Of a stretch of 64,000 nt of DNA, positions 1 to 8,442 are shown piece by piece (position 1 is the first letter of the stretch; the number at the start of each line of letters is the position of its first letter). The notes beneath the pieces were generated by a model. The model saw only the letters and a list, made by a program, of their open reading frames with translations, made no database searches and was not told the DNA's origin. The position numbers and the translations under genes are program-made. This stretch comes from Candidatus Kaiserbacteria bacterium. GTDB lineage: Bacteria; Patescibacteriota; Minisyncoccia; Phycocordibacterales; Phycocordibacteraceae. The stretch lies in contig JAHFMN010000001.1 of the NCBI GenBank assembly GCA_023264445.1, positions 177,878-241,877 on the forward strand. Direction: 5' to 3'.

Positions 1-248
1 GGGCGACAGGAGTGATTGATGTAGCGCGCGACATTCTGGCGCATTGAACCATCAATAGTTTTACGGCTATTCACCTCAAAGAGATACTTGCTACGACTTG
101 TGTATTGCTCAGCGGTTGAGAGAGGGCGCCCGACATACTCGATGATGCGTTCCCCCTTCCTAAACGGACGCGCTGCAAAAAGCCCGAGCCCGGCACTCGC
201 ACGCTTCACAACGACATGCTCCGGATAGTCCGGTCTTTTTCTACGCAT
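1..248 (-). CDS. SET-domain protein (partial, C-terminus runs off window start)
   Basis: Hand-translated minus strand from ATG at 248: MRRKRPDYPEHVVVKRASAGLGLFAARPFRKGERIIEYVGRPLSTAEQYTSRSKYLFEVNSRKTIDGSMRQNVARYINHSCR. The GLGLFA...G and ARYINHSC(xPN) blocks are the SET-domain signature. Not in the ORF track because it is truncated. Confidence 0.5.
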   Translation of the reverse strand, partial: MRRKRPDYPEHVVVKRASAGLGLFAARPFRKGERIIEYVGRPLSTAEQYTSRSKYLFEVNSRKTIDGSMRQNVARYINHSCR

Positions 249-258
249 ATATTCAGTC

Positions 259-705
259 TTATGCTTCGGTAGTGGTGCCGTCAAAATGCTCCTCGTGCTC
301 GTCCGCCTTGGTCCGCTCGAGCGTACCGTCCTTATGCGCCGGAGGCGCATACACCGTATAGAGCTTCATGACGCCCGAGCCGGTATTGACGACATTGTGC
401 CGCGTGCCTTCAGGTACAACGACTGCATCGCCTCCCTTTACTTCATGCACGACGCCGTCCAGTATCGCCTGCCCCGCGCCCTCCTCGAACCGTATGAATT
501 GATCAAGTTCGTGTACTTCTTCTCCAATCTCCTCTCCTGGATTGAGACTCATAAGCACCAGCTGGCTGTGCTTGGCAGTGTAGAGGACACGGCGGTAATC
601 TGTGTTTTCTTTGGTCGCCTGCTCGATATCCGTAAGAAATCCTTTCATGTCCTTCGATTCTAACATGCGTGCCAAAAGAGCGTAAGGTATACTGCTGCCA
701 TTCAT
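259..705 (-). CDS. cupin-domain protein
   Basis: 148 aa ORF. G(x5)HxH...E...G / PxGxxH cupin motifs (GEEVHELDQFIRFEEGAG...VVVPEGTRHNVVNTG). Confidence 0.65.
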   Translation of the reverse strand: MNGSSIPYALLARMLESKDMKGFLTDIEQATKENTDYRRVLYTAKHSQLVLMSLNPGEEIGEEVHELDQFIRFEEGAGQAILDGVVHEVKGGDAVVVPEGTRHNVVNTGSGVMKLYTVYAPPAHKDGTLERTKADEHEEHFDGTTTEA

Positions 706-1426
706 GCTCGCCGAACTTGCTCCAAATCAAGGGAAAAAACTTGAGACTTTAGTTGCAGGCATTCCCTACCTGCGACTCCCTATAAAAACGCGGCTCATAA
801 CAGTTGCCGACAATCTGGACGCTCTCCTTGAGGAATACGTTCGGCCGCATCTGTTACCCGGGGACATCTTGTTCGTGAGCGAAAAGGTCGTCTGCATCAC
901 GCAGGGCCGCATCATCCACCGCGATGCCGTGAAGACCTCGTGGCTCGCGCGCCTCCTCTCGAGCAAGGTGAAGAATTATGCCGGCACGCCGCAATTCCGC
1001 GGTCTCGGGCACGGTACGGCACCGGCGATGCAGCTTCTCATTGAAGAGGCAGGATATCCTCGCACGGTTTTTGCAGCAGCGGTTTCGGCGATCACGCGCC
1101 CGCTCGGCATCAAGGGCGCTTTTTATTATCTCGTCGGCAAACAAGCAAAATCCATCGACTGTCCGATGTCGTGGACCATCGAAGAATTTAAAGACTACGC
1201 AAAGCGGGCGCCCCATGACCCGCACGGAGTGGCAAGGGACATCAAGGAGAAATTCGGAGTTGAAGCAGTCATCGTGGATGCGAACTACCGGGGTGCCTTC
1301 TCGCTCGGGAAATCGACTTCCGCAATTTCTGAAAAATTCATTCGCGAGCTTCTACACGACAACCCTGCCGGCCAAGACAGCGAAATGACGCCGTTTTTCA
1401 TCGTCCGCAAAGCGTCTGAAAATTAG
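704..1426 (+). CDS. F420-0:gamma-glutamyl ligase (CofE)-like family protein
   Basis: 240 aa. DILFVSEKVVCITQGR and downstream DAN/G-rich blocks resemble the CofE/F420-ligase fold. The assignment is tentative. Confidence 0.4.
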   Translation: MLAELAPNQGKKLETLVAGIPYLRLPIKTRLITVADNLDALLEEYVRPHLLPGDILFVSEKVVCITQGRIIHRDAVKTSWLARLLSSKVKNYAGTPQFRGLGHGTAPAMQLLIEEAGYPRTVFAAAVSAITRPLGIKGAFYYLVGKQAKSIDCPMSWTIEEFKDYAKRAPHDPHGVARDIKEKFGVEAVIVDANYRGAFSLGKSTSAISEKFIRELLHDNPAGQDSEMTPFFIVRKASEN

Positions 1427-2076
1427 GTTCGGGAATCGGTTTCAGGCCACTCGATAAGCCGGCCCGCCTTGAGTTCCATCGAGTCGGCTCCGCGGACATG
1501 GCGCCAGTTCCCTTTCGGGACGAGGAAGTAGTGCTTCCGCTCCGCGAGTGCATCATCAACCTCCCATACGTCTTTTTCTGTCGTTATCCAATCCGTACCG
1601 AAGCGGCGCATGTCGAGCGGCTTGCTGTAGCACTCAAGCGTCTTCTCTCCTGTGGAGTTCATGAACCATTCGTGGAAATACGAGAGTGCAAGTTCGCGCG
1701 GCGTACGGTAGACCGGGTCGCGGAAGCGGATAGTCGCATGATTCGTCTTGCTGATGGCGCCGTAGCGGCCCCCGCGCTTGTAGAGCGCCACGACATGATC
1801 ATCATCGCCTTTCCCCATCCGCGCAGAGAGATTCATGATGACAGGCGGCTCGCCGGCTATCCAGAGCGCCGTTGCGGCAAGGAGTGCACCCTCAATACAG
1901 TGAGCCTTCCCTTCCCGCAAGACCCGGCGCGGCGATAGATGCGTATCACCCTTTTTCTCCCAGTTCATAGGAAGTGAGTCAAGGAAATCCTGTATCTTGA
2001 TGGGAGTAGTGAGACGCGCGAGCTTCCGATACTCCTCTCGGGTAAGTCCCGATTGTTCAAGCGTGAGACGCCTCAT
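1423..2076 (-). CDS. transglutaminase-like cysteine peptidase superfamily protein
   Basis: 217 aa. GKAHCIEGALLAATALWIAG (Cys motif), then a DDDHVVAL His motif and a later Asp, consistent with a transglutaminase-core Cys-His-Asp arrangement. Confidence 0.4.
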   Translation of the reverse strand: MRRLTLEQSGLTREEYRKLARLTTPIKIQDFLDSLPMNWEKKGDTHLSPRRVLREGKAHCIEGALLAATALWIAGEPPVIMNLSARMGKGDDDHVVALYKRGGRYGAISKTNHATIRFRDPVYRTPRELALSYFHEWFMNSTGEKTLECYSKPLDMRRFGTDWITTEKDVWEVDDALAERKHYFLVPKGNWRHVRGADSMELKAGRLIEWPETDSRT

Positions 2077-2101
2077 GCGCTTAAGGATACCTCACAAAAA
2101 G

Positions 2102-2129
2102 AAAGGGCCCCGCTAAAGCGGGGCCCTTT
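2102..2129. terminator. rho-independent terminator (bidirectional hairpin)
   Basis: Perfect hairpin aaagggccccgc-taaa-gcggggcccttt. A T-run follows on the minus strand, downstream of the 3D-domain gene. Confidence 0.6.
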
Positions 2130-2142
2130 CTTAGGTAGTCAG

Positions 2143-2691
2143 TTATTTGACGGCAAGATCTTTACCCATACTATTCACTACTGCGACAAGCTCGGCCTGC
2201 GTCTTTGGAATGCGATTGATATTCACATGCCCCACAACGCGGACCGTAATACCCTTGCAGATGCCGAGTATCTCGGCTGCATTTTTCATACCCTTGTCAG
2301 TCGTAGCGTAATCGGCCTTCGTGTTGAAGAGTAGGTCGACACGCTTAGTGTAGCGGGCGTTCATCGTGTCGGCGATAACGCGATACCCGATGCGGCGAGC
2401 GACGACGTCGTAGCCGCACGTGTTTTCAGAAGAGATGTCGGATCCATCGATCTCGATGATGGTACCGAATGGCAACTCATCGCCGAGGTCTTGGGAACGT
2501 GCCGCGACAACCTCCGGATTCGAGTACGCGCCCGAGGCGGTCTCAAATGGATTGCTGTCAGTCTGTGACGGCACGGCGTTATAGGCGGTAAGCGTCACCG
2601 CATACGTCGGTAGCACTGACGCCACCGAGCGTGCGGGCTGCATGCCGCCGGACAAAAGCAAAAACCCCATAAGGGCTCCTAAGATAGTCAT
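2143..2691 (-). CDS. 3D-domain protein (YuiC/MltA-like cell-wall binding/lytic transglycosylase-like)
   Basis: 182 aa with an N-terminal signal/TM segment. TLTAYNAVPSQTDSNPFETASG...VAARSQDLGDELPFGTIIEI...YRVIADTMNARY...VDLLF match the 3D (Asp-Asp-Asp) domain. Confidence 0.7.
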   Translation of the reverse strand: MTILGALMGFLLLSGGMQPARSVASVLPTYAVTLTAYNAVPSQTDSNPFETASGAYSNPEVVAARSQDLGDELPFGTIIEIDGSDISSENTCGYDVVARRIGYRVIADTMNARYTKRVDLLFNTKADYATTDKGMKNAAEILGICKGITVRVVGHVNINRIPKTQAELVAVVNSMGKDLAVK

Positions 2692-2735
2692 TGGTGTAAG
2701 TTACCGAAATAGCTATTCGCTACCTCGTTATCTGA

Positions 2736-2764
2736 GATAGTAGCATATTGACATTATTTTGTCA
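2736..2764 (-). promoter_or_regulatory. sigma70-like promoter for the 3D-domain gene
   Basis: On the minus strand: TTGACA, 17 nt, TACTAT. It sits inside a palindrome, ttgacattattttgtcaa. Confidence 0.45.
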
Positions 2765-2770
2765 ATAGGT

Positions 2771-3310
2771 CTAATCAGTCGGTTTTGCTGCCATCCTGCT
2801 GGCAAAAAAATGGCTTACATACGCGCACAAAACACCTATTGCTGCTCCACCAAGAATATCCGATGGGTAGTGGACACCTGCGATGATGCGGCTCATCGTT
2901 ATAAGGCCGGTCGCTATGAGAAAGACGATTCCCCACCTTTTATTGTAGAAATAGAGCGCCATGGACAATGCGAAGAAGAACGTGGCATGCCCCGAAGGGA
3001 ACGACCATGCCGTGTCGGTAAATAGTTGGTGGACCGGGAGCGCATCGAAGGGTCGCGGGCGGTGGTAGAAGTAGCGGATGAGTTCGGTAATGCCGAGTCG
3101 TGCAATCACGCCCGATGCGAACACCACGAGGAAGATTTCGATCTTCTCGCGCCTGGAATAGGCGGAGAAGAACAGGAAGGCGATGAGAACTATGACGAGG
3201 ATATACGCCAGGTATGATGCGAAGAACACGATGATTCCATCAAGAACAGGTGATCGCCCCGCAAGACCATTTAGAAAAAAGAGAATTTGTGTGTCGACAG
3301 TCATAATCAT
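2771..3310 (-). CDS. PAP2-family phosphatase (undecaprenyl-diphosphatase/phosphatidic acid phosphatase type 2)
   Basis: 179 aa polytopic membrane protein. KxxxxxxRP (HRPRPF), PSGH, and SRxxxxxHxxxD (SRIIAGVHYPSD) motifs are present. Confidence 0.85.
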   Translation of the reverse strand: MIMTVDTQILFFLNGLAGRSPVLDGIIVFFASYLAYILVIVLIAFLFFSAYSRREKIEIFLVVFASGVIARLGITELIRYFYHRPRPFDALPVHQLFTDTAWSFPSGHATFFFALSMALYFYNKRWGIVFLIATGLITMSRIIAGVHYPSDILGGAAIGVLCAYVSHFFASRMAAKPTD

Positions 3311-3805
3311 TCAGACTACCGGCATGAACAAACCGATAGCGACTCCGAGGATGATTGCGCCGCCACCAAGGAGCGCCATCCGCGCACCACGCCAGAGCAT
3401 CGGCAATCGAGAGAAACGAGCGCTCGCCATCCCAACGATGAAAAGTCCCAGAACGGATGCCGATATCGATACTGTGAGCGCAGTGCCATCCGAGAAAAAG
3501 AAATACGGGATGATCGGGATGAAGGATGCGAGCACGCAGGAAACGAACATCATGACCGCCGCAATTATGGAAGGGCGGTCATTAACATCTTTCCCGCTCT
3601 CGTACTCTTCGGCCGATTCTTCGGAGAGGAAATCTCCCATCGCCATCGAGAACGCTTCTACGAATGCATACACGATGCCGGTCAGTATGATGGTTGCGCG
3701 TGGCACACCCGCAACACTGATACCGGCGAGGAATCCGACGGTGGAGACGAGACTGTCATTGATACCGAAAACGACGGTGCGGAGATAGAGCGAACTATTT
3801 TTCAT
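3311..3805 (-). CDS. VIT1/CCC1-family Fe/Mn transporter-like membrane protein
   Basis: 164 aa. GINDSLVSTVGFLAGISVA matches the VIT-family N-terminal motif. Multiple TM helices. Confidence 0.65.
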   Translation of the reverse strand: MKNSSLYLRTVVFGINDSLVSTVGFLAGISVAGVPRATIILTGIVYAFVEAFSMAMGDFLSEESAEEYESGKDVNDRPSIIAAVMMFVSCVLASFIPIIPYFFFSDGTALTVSISASVLGLFIVGMASARFSRLPMLWRGARMALLGGGAIILGVAIGLFMPVV

Positions 3806-3870
3806 AGCCCAATGGTAGCATGCAAAAAAAAGAAGCCGGCTGCCAAGAGGCAGCCGGTCGTCTGTAGTGC

Positions 3871-4917
3871 TTACGTATCAAGCACCGACAGTAAATCCGA
3901 CGGAGGCGATACCACCGAAAGTTCCTTTTTCTTGAGCTCGCCGAGATACAGCGAGAGGTACGGGCGGCAGTCATCCGGTCCAAACACCACCACCTGAATC
4001 TTCCCATCCTCCCTGTCCTTGAACTGGTCCAATGTCCCAGCGCTCTTATGTCTCCGGAGGAACCGGAACGCGCCGGCAATGCCTAAGCCAAAGCTAGGGC
4101 CCAGATGCGGCATGACAAACGGCCAGGTGAGAAAGCTAAGAAGGAAGGATTCATGCCGACTGCCGAACTGGAGGGCCTCTTCTTTGAAAAACAGACTCCA
4201 TGGCTGTCGGACGTCCTTCTTTACGCTCGCGAGAGTGCGCGCTCCGGGGATTTCTTCTCCCTCGGCGCACAATACCGGTATGACCGTGGGCTTGAGCGAA
4301 GCATCGGTACACGCATACGCTGCGAGACCCATACTCGTTCCCATGGTTCCTCCCGGAACGAAAAGCAGCGACATCCGGCCTGCCCGCGACCATAACTGCG
4401 GAGCAAGATGCTGCCGGTGTGCCTGCCAGTTCCACGCCCTATCGTACTGACAGGGGTTGTACCAGCCGTCCTGCGCACCAAGCCTGCGAGCATAGGCAAC
4501 CGTCGTTTCGTCGGCGTCGGAAAGCAAATGGACCTTGGTGCGGCGCCCGATCGTCCGTATCGCATCGATCTTGTCATGCGGCACATCGCTCGACATAACT
4601 GCAGTGAAGTCGAGGTCAAGCGCATTGCAGATCTTCGCCATAGCTTCGCCGGTGTTGCCGCTCGTTGCTTCGATGATGCGGGTGTCGCGATTGATATGCT
4701 CCAAGGCAATTCCCGTTCCGATTGCGGCACGAGCGATGATCCACTTGCTATGCTGCGCTTCGCCCGGAACGCCTGCTGCTCTGATGACGATGCCGTCGGG
4801 AGCAAAAGGGTTGAGTTCCGGCGGAAACTCGGGAGAAACCCGCACGAGACGTACGGTTGATGGGTCGGGAATCCTTTGAAGAAACCGTTCCATCAGTAAT
4901 TCCTGGTTTGTGTCCAT
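3871..4917 (-). CDS. PLP-dependent enzyme, cysteine synthase/tryptophan-synthase-beta (PALP) family, with C-terminal extension
   Basis: 348 aa. SGNTG PLP-loop and GTGGT-like glycine-rich loop (VPGGTMGTSMG). About 100 aa of extra C-terminus. Confidence 0.65.
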   Translation of the reverse strand: MDTNQELLMERFLQRIPDPSTVRLVRVSPEFPPELNPFAPDGIVIRAAGVPGEAQHSKWIIARAAIGTGIALEHINRDTRIIEATSGNTGEAMAKICNALDLDFTAVMSSDVPHDKIDAIRTIGRRTKVHLLSDADETTVAYARRLGAQDGWYNPCQYDRAWNWQAHRQHLAPQLWSRAGRMSLLFVPGGTMGTSMGLAAYACTDASLKPTVIPVLCAEGEEIPGARTLASVKKDVRQPWSLFFKEEALQFGSRHESFLLSFLTWPFVMPHLGPSFGLGIAGAFRFLRRHKSAGTLDQFKDREDGKIQVVVFGPDDCRPYLSLYLGELKKKELSVVSPPSDLLSVLDT

Positions 4918-4992
4918 GCGTGACTCCTTCCGAAAAAGAAAAAAGCCCTTTCTGATGTGAAAGAGCGGTCTGGCGGAAAGTGTACTCCTAAC

Positions 4993-5367
4993 CTAGTCCG
5001 GACGCCAACCTTTCTTTATCTTCGTAATCTTGTTCTTCTCATCCATAAAAATGACGGTCGGGCTCATCTTTGCCGCGTCTCTCGCCTCCACCCATGCCTC
5101 ACCGAGGATGATGACTTTGTCGCCCTTTTGGAAGAGGCGAGCAGGCGGACCATTGAGGATGATTTCTCCCTTCCCTTTCTTTCCTTTCACGATGTAGGTG
5201 CGCCAGAGGACGGCGTTGCTCACGTTTGTAATTTGTACCATCTGCCCGGGCAGGAGCCCCGCCGCTTCAAGCAGTGCCTCGTCTATCGTGATGGAACCGA
5301 CATAATTCAAATCGGCGTCCGTGACGGTCGCCCGATGCAGCTTCGCGAGACACACATTTACCAACAT
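4993..5367 (-). CDS. panD: aspartate 1-decarboxylase
   Basis: 124 aa. MLVNVCLAKLHRATVTDADLNYVGSITID includes the processing Gly-Ser site. Strong match to the PanD N-terminus. Confidence 0.85.
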   Translation of the reverse strand: MLVNVCLAKLHRATVTDADLNYVGSITIDEALLEAAGLLPGQMVQITNVSNAVLWRTYIVKGKKGKGEIILNGPPARLFQKGDKVIILGEAWVEARDAAKMSPTVIFMDEKNKITKIKKGWRPD

Positions 5368-5430
5368 ACCGGCGAATATAGCACACCGGGCGGTGCTTCG
5401 CGAATGGTATTGTAAAGATGCTTCTTTCTC

Positions 5431-7524
5431 ATGAGCTTTTCTTTTTTTGCAAATATCATTGCACTCCTTTTTTCCTTCTTCATCGTCGGCGCGATTCTGG
5501 GCGCCTTTTTTTACACGTCTCGGCGAGACAATTTCATCCTTAAGCGGGCGCGTGCAAATCCAATACTGAAACCGACTGAACGGGAATGGGAGAACCGGGC
5601 GGTCTTTAATCCAGCGGCGCTCGCCCTAGGCGGTCGAACGCACCTCCTGTATCGCGCAATCGGGCATGATGGCATCTCGCGTTTCGGATATGCATCGTCG
5701 AAAAACGGCATTACGTTTGATGAGCGGCTCGCAGACCCCAGCTATACAAGCGAATATCCTCACGCAGCGAAGGCACCCTCGCAGATGCGCTACGCACCGA
5801 GCCTGTATGCTTCCGGCGGGAGCTGGGGAGGGTGTGAGGATGGACGCATGGTCTTCATTGAAGGCCGGGTTTATCTCTCCTTCTATGCATTTGATGAGAG
5901 CGATATGATCCGGGTCGCTGTCGCCTCCATCGCTTCCGATGATTTTCTCGCACACCGTTTTGACCGCTGGAGCCCGCCCACCTTCCTTTCCCCACCGGGT
6001 CAGATACATAAAAACTGGGTTCTGTTTCCTGAAAAAATAAACGGGAAATTCGCCGTTCTTCATAGCATTGCACCAACGATTGAGATCGCATACCGGGATA
6101 ACCTTGAAGACGTCGGGGGAAAAGAACCGTTTATAGAAAGCTGGTCGGGGCCGCGTACAAACCTGCCACCCAGGGAGAGCGCATGGGATACCACCGTGCT
6201 CGGTGCCGGTCCTCCGCCCATACACACAGCTGCTGGCTGGCTTGTCTTCTATCATGCGCATGATTCGCTTGAACCAACACGCTACAAGCTAGGTGCATTG
6301 CTCCTTGACCTTGCCAACCCTTCCAACGTGCTTGCGCGCGCCGCCGGACCCGTGTTTGAACCAGACGCCCCTTATGAAAATGATTGGAAGCCTGGGATTG
6401 CTTACGCATGCGGTGCGACAGTCGTGAAGGGGATGCTCTATGTGTATTACGGAAGCGGAGAGATGACCGTCTCAGTTGCATCCGCTCCGCTTGATGCCTT
6501 TCTGCAGGCGCTTCTTCATGGAGAACACGCCTCACTGCAGAAAACTGCACACATCCCCGCTACTAACCAGTCGCGCACTGCCCCGCTGCAACGTGAGACA
6601 AAATCTTTGTGCGCCCGCTCGGTCCTGAATCCCATTCTGCGTCCGCAAGGCGAGAGCTTCGAGAATCTTGCGACCTTCAATGCCGCTGCTATCGATATCA
6701 ATGGCTCGGTTCATATTCTCTATCGAGCCATGAGCATCGACCATGTCTCGACAATCGGCTACGCTCGATCAAAGGACGGCATCCACATAGACGAACGTCT
6801 TTCGGAGCCGGTATATCGTCCGCGCGCAGACTTTGAACAGAAACATTCGCATGCGAATTCCGGCTGCGAAGATCCTCGCGTAGTTATGATTGACGACCGG
6901 ATACATATGACGTATGTCGCTGCCGGTGATGTCGGAAAGGTAAAGGGCGTTATTGCCTCGATCTCTCGCGAAGATTTCCTTGCGAAACGCTTTGACCGCT
7001 GGAGCATGCCTACACTCGTCACCATCGAAGGGATCGACGACAAGGATATCTGTCTCCTTCCCGAGAAAATAAACGGACGGTACGTGCTCTATCATCGAAT
7101 CGGGAACCAGATGTGCGCGGCGGTCATCGACGATCTTTCATTCAAAGAGCGCGTGGCCCGTTGTGTAGAAGTGCTCAAACCGCGCGATGGCGCGTGGGAT
7201 GACCTGAAAGTCGGCATCGCAGGACCACCAATCAAGATAAAAGATGACTGGCTCTTGATCTATCATGGCATCGGGAAAAATGGCGTATACGGGCTTGGCG
7301 TTGCCCGCCTCGACTCCTCCGGCTTGCAGGTAAAGGCTCGTCTTGATGCGCCCATTCTTGTTCCGGAGACAGTGTATGAGAAGCACGGCGAGCGCGATAA
7401 TGTCGTATTCTCGTGCGGACAGGTCGTCCGCGGCGATACGATCTTCATCTACTACGGCGCGGCCGATAAGGTGCTCGGCGTCGCAACCGTCTCGCTCTCG
7501 CATATTCTTGATTCTCTTTCATGA
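5431..7524 (+). CDS. membrane-anchored protein with two tandem GH130-family (DUF377 beta-propeller, mannoside phosphorylase/glycosidase-like) domains
   Basis: 697 aa. N-terminal TM helix, then two homologous halves: ILKPTEREWENRAVFNPAALALGGRTHLLYRAIGHDGISRFGYASSKNGITFDERL and ILRPQGESFENLATFNAAAIDINGSVHILYRAMSIDHVSTIGYARSKDGIHIDERL. Each is followed by DFL..RFDRWS and YYG blocks. Confidence 0.75.
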   Translation: MSFSFFANIIALLFSFFIVGAILGAFFYTSRRDNFILKRARANPILKPTEREWENRAVFNPAALALGGRTHLLYRAIGHDGISRFGYASSKNGITFDERLADPSYTSEYPHAAKAPSQMRYAPSLYASGGSWGGCEDGRMVFIEGRVYLSFYAFDESDMIRVAVASIASDDFLAHRFDRWSPPTFLSPPGQIHKNWVLFPEKINGKFAVLHSIAPTIEIAYRDNLEDVGGKEPFIESWSGPRTNLPPRESAWDTTVLGAGPPPIHTAAGWLVFYHAHDSLEPTRYKLGALLLDLANPSNVLARAAGPVFEPDAPYENDWKPGIAYACGATVVKGMLYVYYGSGEMTVSVASAPLDAFLQALLHGEHASLQKTAHIPATNQSRTAPLQRETKSLCARSVLNPILRPQGESFENLATFNAAAIDINGSVHILYRAMSIDHVSTIGYARSKDGIHIDERLSEPVYRPRADFEQKHSHANSGCEDPRVVMIDDRIHMTYVAAGDVGKVKGVIASISREDFLAKRFDRWSMPTLVTIEGIDDKDICLLPEKINGRYVLYHRIGNQMCAAVIDDLSFKERVARCVEVLKPRDGAWDDLKVGIAGPPIKIKDDWLLIYHGIGKNGVYGLGVARLDSSGLQVKARLDAPILVPETVYEKHGERDNVVFSCGQVVRGDTIFIYYGAADKVLGVATVSLSHILDSLS

Positions 7525-7535
7525 TGTGGAATATG

Positions 7536-7679
7536 CAATGGGGAAAATTGGAGACTCTCGGAGCCGGCGCAGCATGGCAATTGCGGCGCCGAGGGGAGGC
7601 TGCGCCGCAATTTGCGCTGGCGAGAGTGAGTGCGCTGCAGCGCTGGATGCAGCGACACGTGCTCCAATTTTCCCCATTG
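7536..7679. repeat. GC-rich nested-hairpin element closed by an 18-bp perfect inverted repeat
   Basis: caatggggaaaattggag (7536-7553) pairs with ctccaattttccccattg (7662-7679). Internal sub-stems: actctcg/cgagagt, gcaattgcggcgcc/ggcgccgcaatttgc, and the palindrome gcgctgcagcgc. It lies between the GH130 gene stop and the PMM-like gene start. Confidence 0.5.
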
Positions 7680-7692
7680 TGGGTGAATCGCT

Positions 7693-8442
7693 ATGACTAA
7701 ACTCATCATTTTTGACCTTGATGGTACGCTTGTAGAGAGTAAGCAACCGCTTACTGAACACATGGCGGCGCTTTTCGCACAACTGCTTGCCGTTACCCGC
7801 GTTGCGGTCATTTCCGGCGGCGCGCTCCCGCAATTCATGAAGCAAGTCATCGCACCACTTCCAGATGAAGCGAATCTCTCACATCTTTCTCTTCTTCCCA
7901 CGAGCGGCGCCGCGTTTTACGAATACCATGCGGGAGAATGGAAAAAAATATATGAAGAGCGCCTTTCGGAAAAAGAAGTCCATACTATCGAGACCGCAAT
8001 GCGTGAAGCCGCGAAGGAAACCGGTCTTATCGATTTTTCGACAAAGGCATGGGGGGAGCGCATTGAATATCGTGGCGGACAAATAACGCTTTCTGCTCTT
8101 GGACAGCAGGCACCCTTGGTTGAGAAAAAAGAATGGGACCCGACGCACACAAAGCGCCATGCACTTCAAGCGAATATCGCCGCACGACTGCCAGAGTTCT
8201 CGGTCGGTATCGGCGGTGCAACCTCAATCGATGTCACCAAGCGCGGTATCGACAAAGCGTATGGCATCCATAAACTCTGCGATCGGCTTGGCATTGCCGA
8301 GTCAGAAGCGCTATATGTCGGTGATGAATTGGTAAAAGGCGGCAATGACGAAGCCGTATACAAAACGGACATCCAGACGAAGAGCGTCAACAATCCAGCG
8401 GAGACCGTCAAACTTATTGAATCGTTTTTAACTACCGCATAA
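7693..8442 (+). CDS. HAD-IIB hydrolase, eukaryotic-type phosphomannomutase (PMM)-like
   Basis: 249 aa. IFDLDGTL at the N-terminus and YVGDELVKGGNDEAVYK at the C-terminus (PMM family FGDKT..GGND.EI motif). Confidence 0.55.
   Translation: MTKLIIFDLDGTLVESKQPLTEHMAALFAQLLAVTRVAVISGGALPQFMKQVIAPLPDEANLSHLSLLPTSGAAFYEYHAGEWKKIYEERLSEKEVHTIETAMREAAKETGLIDFSTKAWGERIEYRGGQITLSALGQQAPLVEKKEWDPTHTKRHALQANIAARLPEFSVGIGGATSIDVTKRGIDKAYGIHKLCDRLGIAESEALYVGDELVKGGNDEAVYKTDIQTKSVNNPAETVKLIESFLTTA

Noticed and set aside
3183-3997. Plus-strand ORFs of 201 and 236 aa (3183-3788, 3287-3997)
   Set aside because: Antisense to the VIT-family and PLP-enzyme genes. Arg/His/Asp-rich low-complexity translation typical of GC-rich antisense frames, and no start-site signals.
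5626-6261. 211-aa minus-strand ORF
   Set aside because: Lies wholly inside and antisense to the well-supported GH130 gene.
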